From positions 1-64,000 of the forward strand of contig JAXLNO010000611.1 in NCBI GenBank assembly GCA_038087875.1: a stretch of DNA of 64,000 bases, written 5' to 3'. The DNA is from Malacoraja senta. Taxonomy: Eukaryota. Position 1 is the stretch's first letter. Each line of letters opens with the position of its first letter. The position numbers and the translations under genes were made by a program. Below are positions 1 through 10,429 of this stretch, in pieces. A model generated the notes under the pieces. The model saw nothing but the letters and a program-made list of their open reading frames with translations. It had not been told where the DNA came from and ran no database searches.

Positions 1-1031
1 CTACTTCCATTCTGATATGTGTAGCTAAGTTGGTAATGTTGGAGGAAGCATCGGGAATAAAGGTGCAACATTCTCGACCTATTATTGCATATGGTCCCTC
101 CTTTTTCTGCCAGGATAAAATCTAAGGCCATTCTGTATTGTAATACTACGGTCCTAATAGCTACCATTTCAGCTGTTACCCCTTCTACCTCTCCTCCTGG
201 GTTGCACTCAAGGAGATGGCAGTGGCATTAGCAAGTGTCTCTAAAGCGGAGACACTATTATACTACAAAAGGACGGGAAGAGTATCATAAAAAATTGCTC
301 AGCCTTTGCTAGGCTTCGCTTGGAAATCCCGTGTGCCGGTGCAACTGGCTCATGCTTCTCATACGTGAGACCACATATGCAACATAACAACACCCTGTCC
401 AGTGACGGGGTCCTTTTAGTCGTTCCCAAGCTGCCCCGTCAGCCGGCGGCATTCCTGGTAACCATGGGTAGGCCCAGGATCCACATACAAAATATGTGCC
501 ATTAACTGGTCGGGGTGGGCCGATAATGGTGGCTGCCTGAGTTGACGTACAAGTACTGTTTCCCAAGAATACACCTGTGCCTTGGTGGTGGCAAAAACAG
601 GTAGTATTAACTGGCCTGTGCGGATCTTTTACTATCTGTAGTCGGGGTATATCTGCTGCATTTGTCACGTTCAATTTCCAATCTCCTTTGAAGGGAGGGG
701 TGTACCATCCTTCAAAATTATTGTATTTTGGGCCTCCATAGGTGATGTTTATTGTTTCGTTTTTGGTATTTGTTATCAGTATGATTTTTAGGCATGACGA
801 TTTTTTAGCAGAGTTACAAAAGCACCTCATCGCTAGTCTCTCGGTAAGGTTTAAAGGAATGGGGACCAGGGGAATTCCTTCCTTACTGCTAGTCGGAACA
901 CCGGTGCATACCCAACATTCAGTCCCATGTGCCCGTACGGCAAACTCATGGCTCATAGCCAGATAGGTATTAGTCCATGTTACCCTGGCCATGGTTAGGA
1001 TCGTCAGTAGAGCGAACATCACTAGTGCCAT
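1..1031 (-). pseudogene. env: ERV envelope (gamma-type SU-TM), frameshifted
   Basis: ATG at 1031 followed by hydrophobic signal ([13 protein letters not shown]); SU CWVC motif; cleavage-like ISKR/SL then FFMILFPS fusion peptide in ORF 241-429; immunosuppressive domain LQYRMALDFILAEKGG (~96-143); degenerate CX6CC (AIIGRECC) near 65-90. Confidence 0.92.
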
Positions 1032-2050
1032 CCTTGTATCCAATCTTTTTGCAGTCGGAGAGATGTATCCAACGTGGATGGTTTTCAACCTTCACTGCTG
1101 TTGGTGTAGTCAGTAGCACCTGGTATGGTCCGTTCCAACGGGGGCCGAGTTTCTTGCGGTTCCAATTTCTGATAAGTACGTAGTCCCTGGTTGGACTATT
1201 TCGCACTGGTCAGCATCTGGTAGCGGCCTCTGGGAATCCTTTACCTGTAAATGTAATGCTGACAGAATATGGGTGAGTCGTTGAACATAGGTAATTATTT
1301 CATCGTTTAATGCGTGTAAATCTAAGGTTCCTTCATGAGTAATGCTTGCTCCCCAGGGGGTTCGTAGAGGTTTACCGTAGATAATTTCTGCTGGGGATAG
1401 CTTTGTAACACTGTGGGGAGTTACCCTCATTTCAAATAATGCTAAGGGTAATACTTTAATCCATGTCTGTCCCATTTCTCCCATCAGCTTGGCAATTTTG
1501 TTTTTTAATGCCCCATTGGCTCTTTCCACCATCCCAGATGCCTGTGGGTGGTGTACACAGTGAAATTGCTGTCGGATATTAAAATCTGCACATATTTCCT
1601 TATTAATAGTGGCAATAAAATGGGGACCATTGTCCGAGCTTATGACAGTAGGTAGGCCAAACCTGGGAATAACTTCCCTTAACAGTATTTTCAGCAGTAT
1701 TACTAGTGGTTGGTAGAGCTTCAATCCACCTGCTAAATAAATCTAAAATAACTAAGCAATATTTATAACATTGGGCCCTTGGCATTTCAATAAAATCAAT
1801 CTGTATGCATTCAAACCGTCGTCATGGCATTGGCGTCACCCCTGAGGGTATCCTAATTGGTTTGCCTGGATTATTTCGTTGGCAAATTTTACATTCAGAG
1901 ACCTGCTTCAGTGCCTCTTGCCGGATTTTGGGTACCACCATGTCTCTTTTGTCATCCTTATCATTCCATCCTTACCAGCATGGGTAAGTGAGTGAATATA
2001 TGTTAGTAAAACAGGTAAAAATGCATCAGATACACAAACTTGCCCAAGCG
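970..2050 (-). pseudogene. pol: ERV integrase domain of pol, frameshifted
   Basis: IDFIEMP, LDLFSRWIEA, ISSDNGPHF, QASGMVERANG, C-terminal [20 protein letters not shown]; overlaps the env start by about 60 nt. Confidence 0.95.
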
Positions 2051-2229
2051 GGGTGAGCCAAAGACCTGTGGTGAGTCAATGGCACAGCCCTCTTGTTTCC
2101 ATAGTTTTTTGGCTATCAGAGGCGTCCCTCTGTAATGTACATACCTCCCTCATATCTGGCAGGGCCGTTCTATTTGCTAGTATCTGTTTACCAGATGTCA
2201 CCACGCATTTGGATGTACAGGCTGGCTTG

Positions 2230-3180
2230 CTTGGATACACTATCGGCCAATTCATTACCTTTTGCTATAGGGTCCGCAGCACCCGTGTGTGCAGTACATT
2301 TAATAATGGCCAGCTGATCTGGTAGCATCAACGCCGTAAGCAAATTACGCACAAAAAGGGCATTCTTAATGGGTGTTCCTGCCGAGGTCAGGAATCCTCT
2401 GTGTTGCCAGACAGCGCCAAAGTCATGAGCAACGCCGAAGGCGTATCGGGAATCAGTATAGATGTTAATTTGTTTGTCCGTTGCTAATATGCAGGCTCGA
2501 GTTAGGGCAAATAATTCTGCCTGTTGCGCTGATAACGGAAAACTGAAACCTTCCTTCTTCCAAAATCATCTGTGACCCGTTTACTACTGCATAGACGGAA
2601 GCCCGCTGTCCTGTTTCAGGGATAACCATAGAGGAGCCATCGACAAACCATGATGGTATGTTGCCTTCCAATGGGATATCAGACAATCCTTCCCGTGTTT
2701 TTGTTAATAAGTCATTGGCCATCTCACAATTGTGGGGCGGCTCTGTGCAAGGCTCGGGTGACTCCGTCAAAAGGCAGATGGATTTATTGTAGAACAATGC
2801 TGAAAGGTCAAATTTGGATTATTCAACAATGTCAGTTCATAGCGGCCCAGGCGTGCCTGGGTGAGATATTTCGTTTGGCTTGCATTCATTAATGCGGCGA
2901 CACAATGAGTTGTAAATACGATCACCGGTTGATGTAAAGTTATGTTTGCAGCAGCTGAGATAGCGGCATGTATACCAGGCAAAATCTGGGTGCAAGGGGG
3001 TAGCCGCGTGCTACTGCATCCAGGCGAACTGAGAAGTAAGCTACTGGTCGTTTAACATCCCCATGGTGTTGCGTCAGTACGGCTGATACACAGTCTTGAA
3101 TTATTGTTACATATAGCTGAAATGATCTGTCATACAGTGGTCTTCCGATGGCTGGGGCGGAGGCTAATGCATCTTTTATG
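2230..3180 (-). pseudogene. pol: ERV connection and RNase H domains of pol
   Basis: RPVAYFSVRLDAVA (~3010-3050), WFVDGSS in ORF 2465-2797, NIYTDSRYAFGVAHDFGAVWQHRGFLTSAGTPIKN (~2365-2468). Confidence 0.9.
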
Positions 3181-3181
3181 G

Positions 3182-4120
3182 CTATAAAGGCTTCAGTCTG
3201 TTTTTCATCGAGGGAAAAATGTCGTTCGGCATTTGCAGATGCCAGTGGTGATAGATGCTTCGTATAAAGTACAACATTGGGAATCCACTGACGGCAAAGT
3301 TCACTAACCCCAAGAAGGCTCTCATTTGTTTTGGGGTTTCTGGTTTTGGGTATCGTACAATAGGGTCCACTCTTGCTGGAGTAAGTGCTCTTTCAGTGGC
3401 ACTAATCATAACTCCAAGAAATTTAACGTCCTTCTTGCCCTCTTTAACTTTCCTCTCACGGTTCACATACCCCCAAGCATGTAAGCTTCTAATTAACTTT
3501 GCAGTGTCAATAATGTTGCTGGCCTCATCAGAGCTGGCCAGAAGTAAATCATCAACATACTGAATTACAATGGAGCCTTGTGGGAGGGTTAATGTCTTTA
3601 ACTGGTCTGCTAGTACTTGGGAAAACAGAGTGGGCGAATGTACACAACCTTGTGGCAGGCGTGTCCATGTATATTGTTGTCCTTCGTATGTAAAGGCGAA
3701 AAGGTAATTGGCAATCGGGATGCAGTGGATTGAAAAGAATTGCATGTTGGAGGTCAATAACTGTGAAGATTGTCGCAGAGGCGGGAACCTGGCTCAGGAT
3801 AGTTGCGGGATTCGGTACGATGGCGTGCATAGGCGTAACGATCTCATTAATTGCACGGAGGTCTTGTACTAGCCTCCACTCTGAGCGTCCAGGCTTGGGT
3901 ACCGGGAAGATCGGGGTGTTACATGGTGAGTGACACTGCACCAATATACCCTGGTGTAAAAGAGACTGCACCAGCTGTTGTATTCCTGCCACTGCTTCTG
4001 GTTTTAAAGGATATTGGGGAACTGCAGGGAGGCGGACATCCGTCTTCAGCGTGATCATTACAGGTACACAATAAGTCAGTCCTACCTCATGCGGTGATGT
4101 CGCCCAAATCTGATGTTTGT
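3182..4120 (-). pseudogene. pol: ERV reverse transcriptase
   Basis: PQYPL, SPCNTPIFPVPKPG, WRLVQDLRAIN, YTWTRLPQG, QYVDDLLLAS, split over ORFs 3552-4403 and 3182-3757. Confidence 0.97.
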
Positions 4121-4199
4121 CCATGTCGTTTGCTGTTGGCTGATGGCGGCTGATAACTCCTTCAACGACCTGGTTCTCTTGCCAATATTCCAACGTTCC

Positions 4200-4570
4200 C
4201 TGAGAAAAATTTTGCTCACCCAGTATGTTACTTGCTTGGTTGCATAACTCGTAGGTGAGGTACCCCAGCTCTTTTGCTGAGTGGTCTGCCCTCTCTGAGG
4301 TGGTTACATGAGGTGCCACTAGAGAAACATTCTGTTTCCACAACCCTTCCTCCACTTGCACGATCAAGGCAGTGCCAGGTTCGCCTGACACTGTTCCTAT
4401 CAAGTGGACCCTAGTTGCTTCCCTATCAGTGAACTAAAGTAATCTTCCATTTCGGGATTGCAACCTGTAGGATCATATCATAAGGTCACATGTGGATCGG
4501 GTGTATTTCCAAAGACTGGTGCTGACAAAAGATCAATAGCCCACCATTGAGGTGTTGGGAAGTGTGTGTG
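4200..4570 (-). pseudogene. Extra pol domain between protease and RT: 2H phosphoesterase (CNPase-like)
   Basis: Manual translation gives DPHVTL (PHVTL at 4481-4495) and APHVTT...HSAKELG (PHVT at 4302-4313): two HxT motifs about 61 codons apart, with one in-frame stop and one frameshift between them. Confidence 0.75.
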
Positions 4571-4572
4571 CA

Positions 4573-4960
4573 TCATCTCTGGGTCTGGAGGTGAATTCCC
4601 TCGTCAGTGCAGATAATTCCCGCTTTTAATCCTATCAATAGGTCTCTGCCTGCAAGGTTGCAGCCAAGAAATGGTGTAATGGAAAAAGGGAGGGTACATT
4701 GTTCCTGTCCATAGGTTACAGTCAGAGGCTGAGTTAGTGGGTAACACCGTACTTTCCCGTCCAATCCTGATAATCGTGTTACATGGTCTGATATGGGAAC
4801 TCCAAGAGATGCCCGCAAGCTCCTGATTCAGGGTAGATGAGGTTGCTCCTGTATCAATCAAAAACGGAACTCTGGTGTCCCCCAGCATCATGTTTACTAT
4901 GGGTTCTTCATCGGGGTTGGCGATTAGTGGGAATAGGTGCTGTACAGGGAAGTGGGTGGG
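4573..4960 (-). pseudogene. pro: ERV aspartic protease
   Basis: VPFLIDTGATSSTL and CNLAGRDLL; in frame with gag across the TGA at 4961-4963. Confidence 0.95.
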
Positions 4961-6684
4961 TCATTGGGAAAACGGGTTGTTGGTAGAGTACGGAGCCCAT
5001 CTTCCCCCGTACTTCCCGGAGTTACCAGAGGGACATTCCTTTTTCCAATGCCCTCTTCCCCACACTGAAAACAGCTTCCTCCATTTCCCTCTCACCACGT
5101 GATCGTTCCTGCCCTGGGTGGTTTTGATTTTGTCTTCCTGGAATTCTCCCCATCGTGGTCTATCCCATTGTGGTCTGGGTGGAAAACCCCTTCCTCTACC
5201 AGGGCGCATCCTGTTCCCAGGTCTCATAGCCAGAGCCTGGTAGGATTCCTCAGCTGCTGGATCCCACATATAATATTCAGTTTTTATTCTGGGTGCACTG
5301 GTGGCAGCCGTGTTTCCAGCACCGTCAGCCCAAAAGGCAGCTACTGCACGTCTCATCTGGGTTATGTCGTTGTCTGACCAGTTTAAGTCTGTTTTAATCA
5401 TTGACTGTACTTTAAGAGGGAGACAACTCATTAACATAGCATTAAAAGCTGGGGACCTATTTCCCGCATTGTAGACAGAGTCTCCTGCAAAGGTCCCATA
5501 GATACTAGTGAAACGATCCAGATACGACTGGAGGTCTTCCTTGGGACCGGGCTTACAATCGAGGACCACTGACATGTTAATTGGCTTCTTCAAACATTCA
5601 AACAGATTGGTCATCATAAAATCTATACAAACTGTCTCGTCTGTATGTGCCTGCACGGCTTTTAGTGCCTGCCACGTCTGATGAACATCCTTCTACTTCC
5701 GTTGTTCGGCCGCTGACAAAAGTGACAAGGTCATGGACCAAATATCACGGTCTGTAGCCTGATAATATTCTACCGTACTGCGGTGGTATTCTACAAATTC
5801 CTTCGGGGTCTTATGGCGGTCCTGGGCTTTATCCCGTATCATACATTGCTCGTGTGGTCTCCATGGTGCGTATATTTGCATGGTATCGGCCTGATTGGCG
5901 TCACCTGCCCTAGGGTTTGGCACCCCTCTCATAGGGAGGTTCTGTGCAGTCCTTCTAGGGTATGTTTTTACTCGCTCCCCAACTGATACCACCGTGTCAA
6001 TTACACTGTCCGTCAGCTCACTCATGTCTTCCTTTAGTATTTCACCGTGGCTTTGTAAGGTCGGAACTTCGGGGTATATGGATATTACTGACGGAGCTGC
6101 TAAAGGTAAGGATGCCATTTCTACTGGTGGGACGTAGGGAGGTGGACGTCTCCCAAGATTATCTAACTCCTCATCTTCACTACCAAACAGGGTCGTCGTG
6201 CCAGACATGAAATCTCCTCCAGAGGATTTACCAGTACTGGGTTTATTTTTACTAACCATCACCTGTTTCTCACCTCCTGCCTGTCTCTTAATTATTTTCT
6301 CTTGTTCCTCCGCCCACTGGCATTCTAGTTGCAATACTTTCCATCCTTTCATAGTGCCATCCTTATTTCGTAACTCTATCCCTTGTTTGCATGCAGTATC
6401 CATCCAACTTCGATCTCTACTCTCCTCATGCTTCTTTTCTGCTTCTGCTTTCACGTTTTAATTCCCTTCTTCCATTTCTTTCCTGCCTTCCTTTCCCATA
6501 TCAACACCTCTGCTTTTTTAATTGTCTCGACATTCCATGTGCCCCCTACTGGCCAGGCTTCATCCCCCAACCGTTTGGTCAACTTGCAACTTAACATTCT
6601 AAATTTCTTATTATACTTAGGATTCAAATAACACATATGTTGGACGGGGGTTCCCCCCTCACTGTTATCCAGTGCATTCCCCAT
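4961..6684 (-). pseudogene. gag: ERV gag (MA-late domain-CA-NC), frameshifted
   Basis: MGN start (myristoylation-compatible), WPVGGTW matrix motif, RRPPPY late domain, MHR-like segment, CFQCGEE-HWKKEC zinc knuckle split by a frameshift near 5050. Confidence 0.92.
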
Positions 6685-6844
6685 AGATAGATAGAGAGAA
6701 AGAGAAAGAGAAAGCAGACTTCTTAATTCCGAATCGCTCCAAATATATCAACCAGGGCGACTCGCTACTCGAGACCCCAGTTTCTCAATTTGGCTGACTT
6801 TTTTTAAAAATATTTTTTTGTTACCTCTTTGATAAACGACCCAA

Positions 6845-6971
6845 GTGTCTCAACGAAGCAGACCCGTTAACCGAGACCCCCGTTTCTCAACCTGGCAGAC
6901 CTAAATAAGCCCCATGTGTCTCAACGAAGCAGACCCGCTAACCGAGACCCCCGTTTCTCAACCTGGCAGAC
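6845..6971. repeat. Direct repeat (period ~71 bp) in ERV leader, with looser copies at ~6760-6800 and 7000-7100
   Basis: gtgtctcaacgaagcagacccg(t/c)taaccgagacccccgtttctcaacctggcagac at ~6845 and ~6916. Confidence 0.85.
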
Positions 6972-7298
6972 TTCTTACTCTTTAATATACAACGCCACTT
7001 ATTTCTCAATCCGACAACTCTTCGGATGTCTCAATAAGCCAGACGCACACCTCAACCCCCGTATCTCAACCCGACAAATCACGGATATCTCAACGAGGCC
7101 GATGAGCCCTTAGTAGAGAGAGAGAGAGAAGAAAAAAAGAAAACAAAGAGAGATAGACAGAGAGAGAGAAAGAGAAACCACTCACGTCCTTCTTAACAAT
7201 ATACACAAGCCCTTCTTAAAAATACATGCACAATTCTGTCTTTAAAATACATACACAATCCCTTCTGAAAAAAAAAAAACCCTATAAAGCCCAACTGG

Positions 7299-7307
7299 TC
7301 TTACCTT
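7299..7307 (-). promoter_or_regulatory. Candidate ERV major splice donor
   Basis: AAG/GTAAGA on the minus strand about 180 nt downstream of the PBS, the usual position for the env mRNA donor. Confidence 0.5.
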
Positions 7308-7482
7308 GGTCTGTTGCTAAGAACCTCGGCAGGGAACCTGGATCAACCTCTGATGAAGGATCACGGACGTTCCCGGGAGTTTCTAGGGAGTCGGTCTTAC
7401 AAGGGGGCCGATAGAGCTCAGTTATCTTCCTTCCAATCCCGGCAACCTCTGCAACCTCTTGCACAGTCAGCTGTTGATGGGG

Positions 7483-7500
7483 TCCCAGCGAGGCCTGCCA
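7483..7500 (-). promoter_or_regulatory. Primer binding site, tRNA-Thr(AGT)-like
   Basis: Minus strand TGGCAGGCCTCGCTGGGA versus TGGAGGCCTCGCTGGGA expected for a vertebrate tRNA-Thr 3' end (recalled sequence); one inserted C. Confidence 0.75.
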
Positions 7501-8234
7501 AAAAACGCAATGCGACTCCTTCAAAGCCGTATCTTCGCCCCTTCCTCGCGGCCTACGGGCAGACTGGAGCGGCGTTTTCCTGCCGGGACCGGCCAGGACT
7601 TCAGCTTCGGCGGCGGCACAGCGCTGAAGTACCATCGCCGAGCGGGCGATGCCTAACCCGGGTCGCCGTGCAGTAAGCTCCGGAGAGCTGTGACAGCCGG
7701 CACCAACATCGCGGATCTGCGGTCTGTGGTCTGCGGTCAGCGGTCTGCGGTCAGCGGTCAGCGGTCTGCGGTCAGTGGAGCTTCCAGCCGCGGGCGGCGC
7801 TGAGCTTCAAACACCGTGGAGCCTGGGATCTCACGACGAGGTCGCCAGAGTCGGAGCATCGACCAGCGCGGCTCGTGGACTTCGGGAGCCGTGGTCTACT
7901 GGGAGGGAGCGGCCGCTCCAGACACTCCGGGCCGCTGAGAGTGTTCACCCGATGCCAGAATTCCATCATCCGGCGAGAGGGCCTGAGGCATCGTGCTGCC
8001 GTACCGGCGACTGCAGAGGCCTCAATAGGCCCCGACTATGGGTGAACTGGGGATGGGACTGGACTTTGCTGCCTTCCCCCACAGTGGGATCCATTGTGAG
8101 GGGATGTTTTTATGTTGTTGTTAAATTCTTGGATGTTATCTTTATTTGTGTGCTGCATAGGCAAGTCAAATTTCACTGCACCAATTGGTGTATGTGACAA
8201 TAAATGTTTTATCTATCTATCTATCTATCTATCT
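7501..8234 (+). mobile_element. GC-rich non-coding retroposon with Rex1-like 3' tail and (ATCT)n end
   Basis: Ends in aaatttcactgcaccaattggtgtatgtgacaataaa plus (atct)n; 3' part is homologous to 22500-22755; internal (GCGGTCW)n at ~7711-7775. Confidence 0.6.
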
Positions 8235-8569
8235 TTCTCGCTGACTCCGCAGGGGAGTGAAGACCAGACCCAGACCAGGCCCAGGCCCAGACCGCTGGGG
8301 AGTTTGGGAGCCGGATCTGTTCTCAGCAAAGATCCTCCAGCATCTTACAAAGAGCCGCTGCAGGATCTGTGGTGTCTTTGCTCCGCTATGGCGGACAAAG
8401 ATGGCGGAGACGGAAGCCGGTTACGGAAATGGTGCCGAAGATTTACCCCTCAATCTGCCGTGACCGTCGGTCCAGTGACTCTGGCTCAAAGATGGAGGAT
8501 CCGGGCGGGGCGGGGCCAACCGGCCGGGCCTCAGCGCGAGAGCGCACGCGGGGTTGGCGGTTGGAGCCT

Positions 8570-10160
8570 CACCCCCCTCACACACACACACACACGCACC
8601 CACTCACACACACTCACACACACACCCACCCCCCCTCACACACCCCACACAATCCCCCTCACTCATCCCCCCTTACCCCCCACACCCCTCCTCACACCCA
8701 CCTCTCTCACCACCCCCACACCCTCCCCACTACCCCCCCTCAGAACCCCCCCCACACACCCCACAACTCACCCTCACACCCCACCTCTCCACCCCCCCCA
8801 CCCCCTCACACCCACCCCCCCCTCAGAACCCCCCCCCCACACACCCCACACAACCCCTCCTCACACCCACCTCTCTCACCCACCCCCACCCCTCCCCACT
8901 CACCCCCCCTCAGACCCCCCCCCACACACACCCCACACAACTCACGCTCACACCCCTCTCTCTCACCCACCCCCACACCCTCCCCACTCACCCCCTCACG
9001 TCACCCACACCCCCCCCCACACACCCCACCCCCCACACTCACCCTACCCCCCACCACCCCCTCCTCACCCCCTCACACATCTCCCCTCACACCAGCCACC
9101 CCCCCCCCTCACCACCCCCCACACACCCCCCACCCCCCCACCACCCCCCCCCCCCCCCCTCACTCACCCCCCCACACACACCCCTCACTCACCCCCCTCA
9201 CACACACACACACACCCACCCCCCCCCTACACACACCCCACACACCCCACACAACCCCCTCACTCACCCCCCTCCACACACACACACACCACCCACCACT
9301 CACACACACTCACACACCCCCCCCTCCCACACACACCTCACACAACCCCCCTCACTCACCCCCCTTACCCCGCCACACAACCCCTCCTCACACCCCACCT
9401 CTCTCACCCACCCACACCCTCCCCACTCACCCCCCTCAGACCCCCCCCCCCACACACACCCCACACAACTTACCCTCACACCCCCGCCACAACCCCCCCT
9501 CACTCACCCCCCCACACACACCCCTCACTCACCCCATCACACAACTCACCCTCACACCCCGCCACAACCCCCCTCACTCACCCCCCCCACACACACCCCT
9601 CACTCACCCCCTCACACAACTCCCCCTCACACCCCCGCCACCCCCCCTCACTCACCCCCCCACACACACCCCTCACTCACCCCCCTCACACAACTCCCCC
9701 TCACACCTCCGCCACCCCCCCCTCACTCCCACCTCACCCCCCTCACACACCCCGCCCCCCTCACACACCCCTCCCCCCTCACCCCCCCCCACACACACAT
9801 ACACTCACCCCCTCACACAACTCCCCCTCACACCCCCCCTCACTCCCACCTCACCCCCCCTCACACACCCCTGCCCCCTCACACACCCCTCACCCCCCCC
9901 ACACACACCCACTCACTCACACACACCCACCCACTCACACCCTCACACACACACACTCATCCACACACACACACTCACCAACACCTACGCACACTCACCC
10001 ACACCCACACACACTCAGGCATACTCACCCACCCACTGACCCACACTCACACACCTGCTCACACACACTCACCCACACTTACACTCGCCCACTCACACAT
10101 ACATTCACACACACACACTAACCCACTCACACAAACCCACACCCACCGACACACCCACAC
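8570..10160. repeat. C/A-rich low-complexity minisatellite derived from (CA)n/CCCTCA-like units
   Basis: About 1.6 kb almost devoid of G on the + strand; recurring ccccacacaac, ccctcactcacc and cacacacc blocks. Confidence 0.95.
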
Positions 10161-10429
10161 CTAGGCCCGGATCACTGAAACAGCAGCAGCCGCGGACTTT
10201 CACCGCCTCCCCGGGCTGGGCAACCGCGGCCGCTGTCGTTGACCTTCACTGCCCCTCCGGGCAACCGATGCTGCTGCCCGTATCTCTACTCCAACCCTCC
10301 TATGGGCCTCCACCAGCGACTCCGCTGACCCTCCCTCGCCTCTCCACCGGCCACCAGCGGGCCAGAGCCGTCACCTCACCAGAGTCCCCGGCTCAGCACC
10401 AGGCCACAACCTCCACCATGCAGACAGCA

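Larger units (their letters stand above)
1..7500 (-). mobile_element. Endogenous retrovirus, class I (gamma/epsilon-like): PBS-leader-gag-pro-pol-env, degenerate, 3' end outside window, no 5' LTR seen
   Basis: Ordered minus-strand retroviral motifs: MG-start matrix, PPPY, CCHC, LIDTGA protease, LPQG/YVDD RT, RNase H, DDE integrase with GPY, gamma-type env; tRNA-Thr-like PBS at 7483-7500. Confidence 0.95.

Noticed and set aside
7501..8234. 5' LTR of the ERV
   Set aside because: No TG...CA ends at the PBS, a + strand retroposon tail, and a homologous copy at 22500-22755 unlinked to the ERV; the 3' LTR is needed for a final test
8570..10160. Interstitial telomeric repeat
   Set aside because: Units are CCCTCA/CACA-like and irregular, not CCCTAA arrays
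8112..10164. Three long Pro/His/Thr-rich ORFs (669, 556, 536 aa)
   Set aside because: Open in all three frames only because the C/A tract lacks stop codons; no domain content
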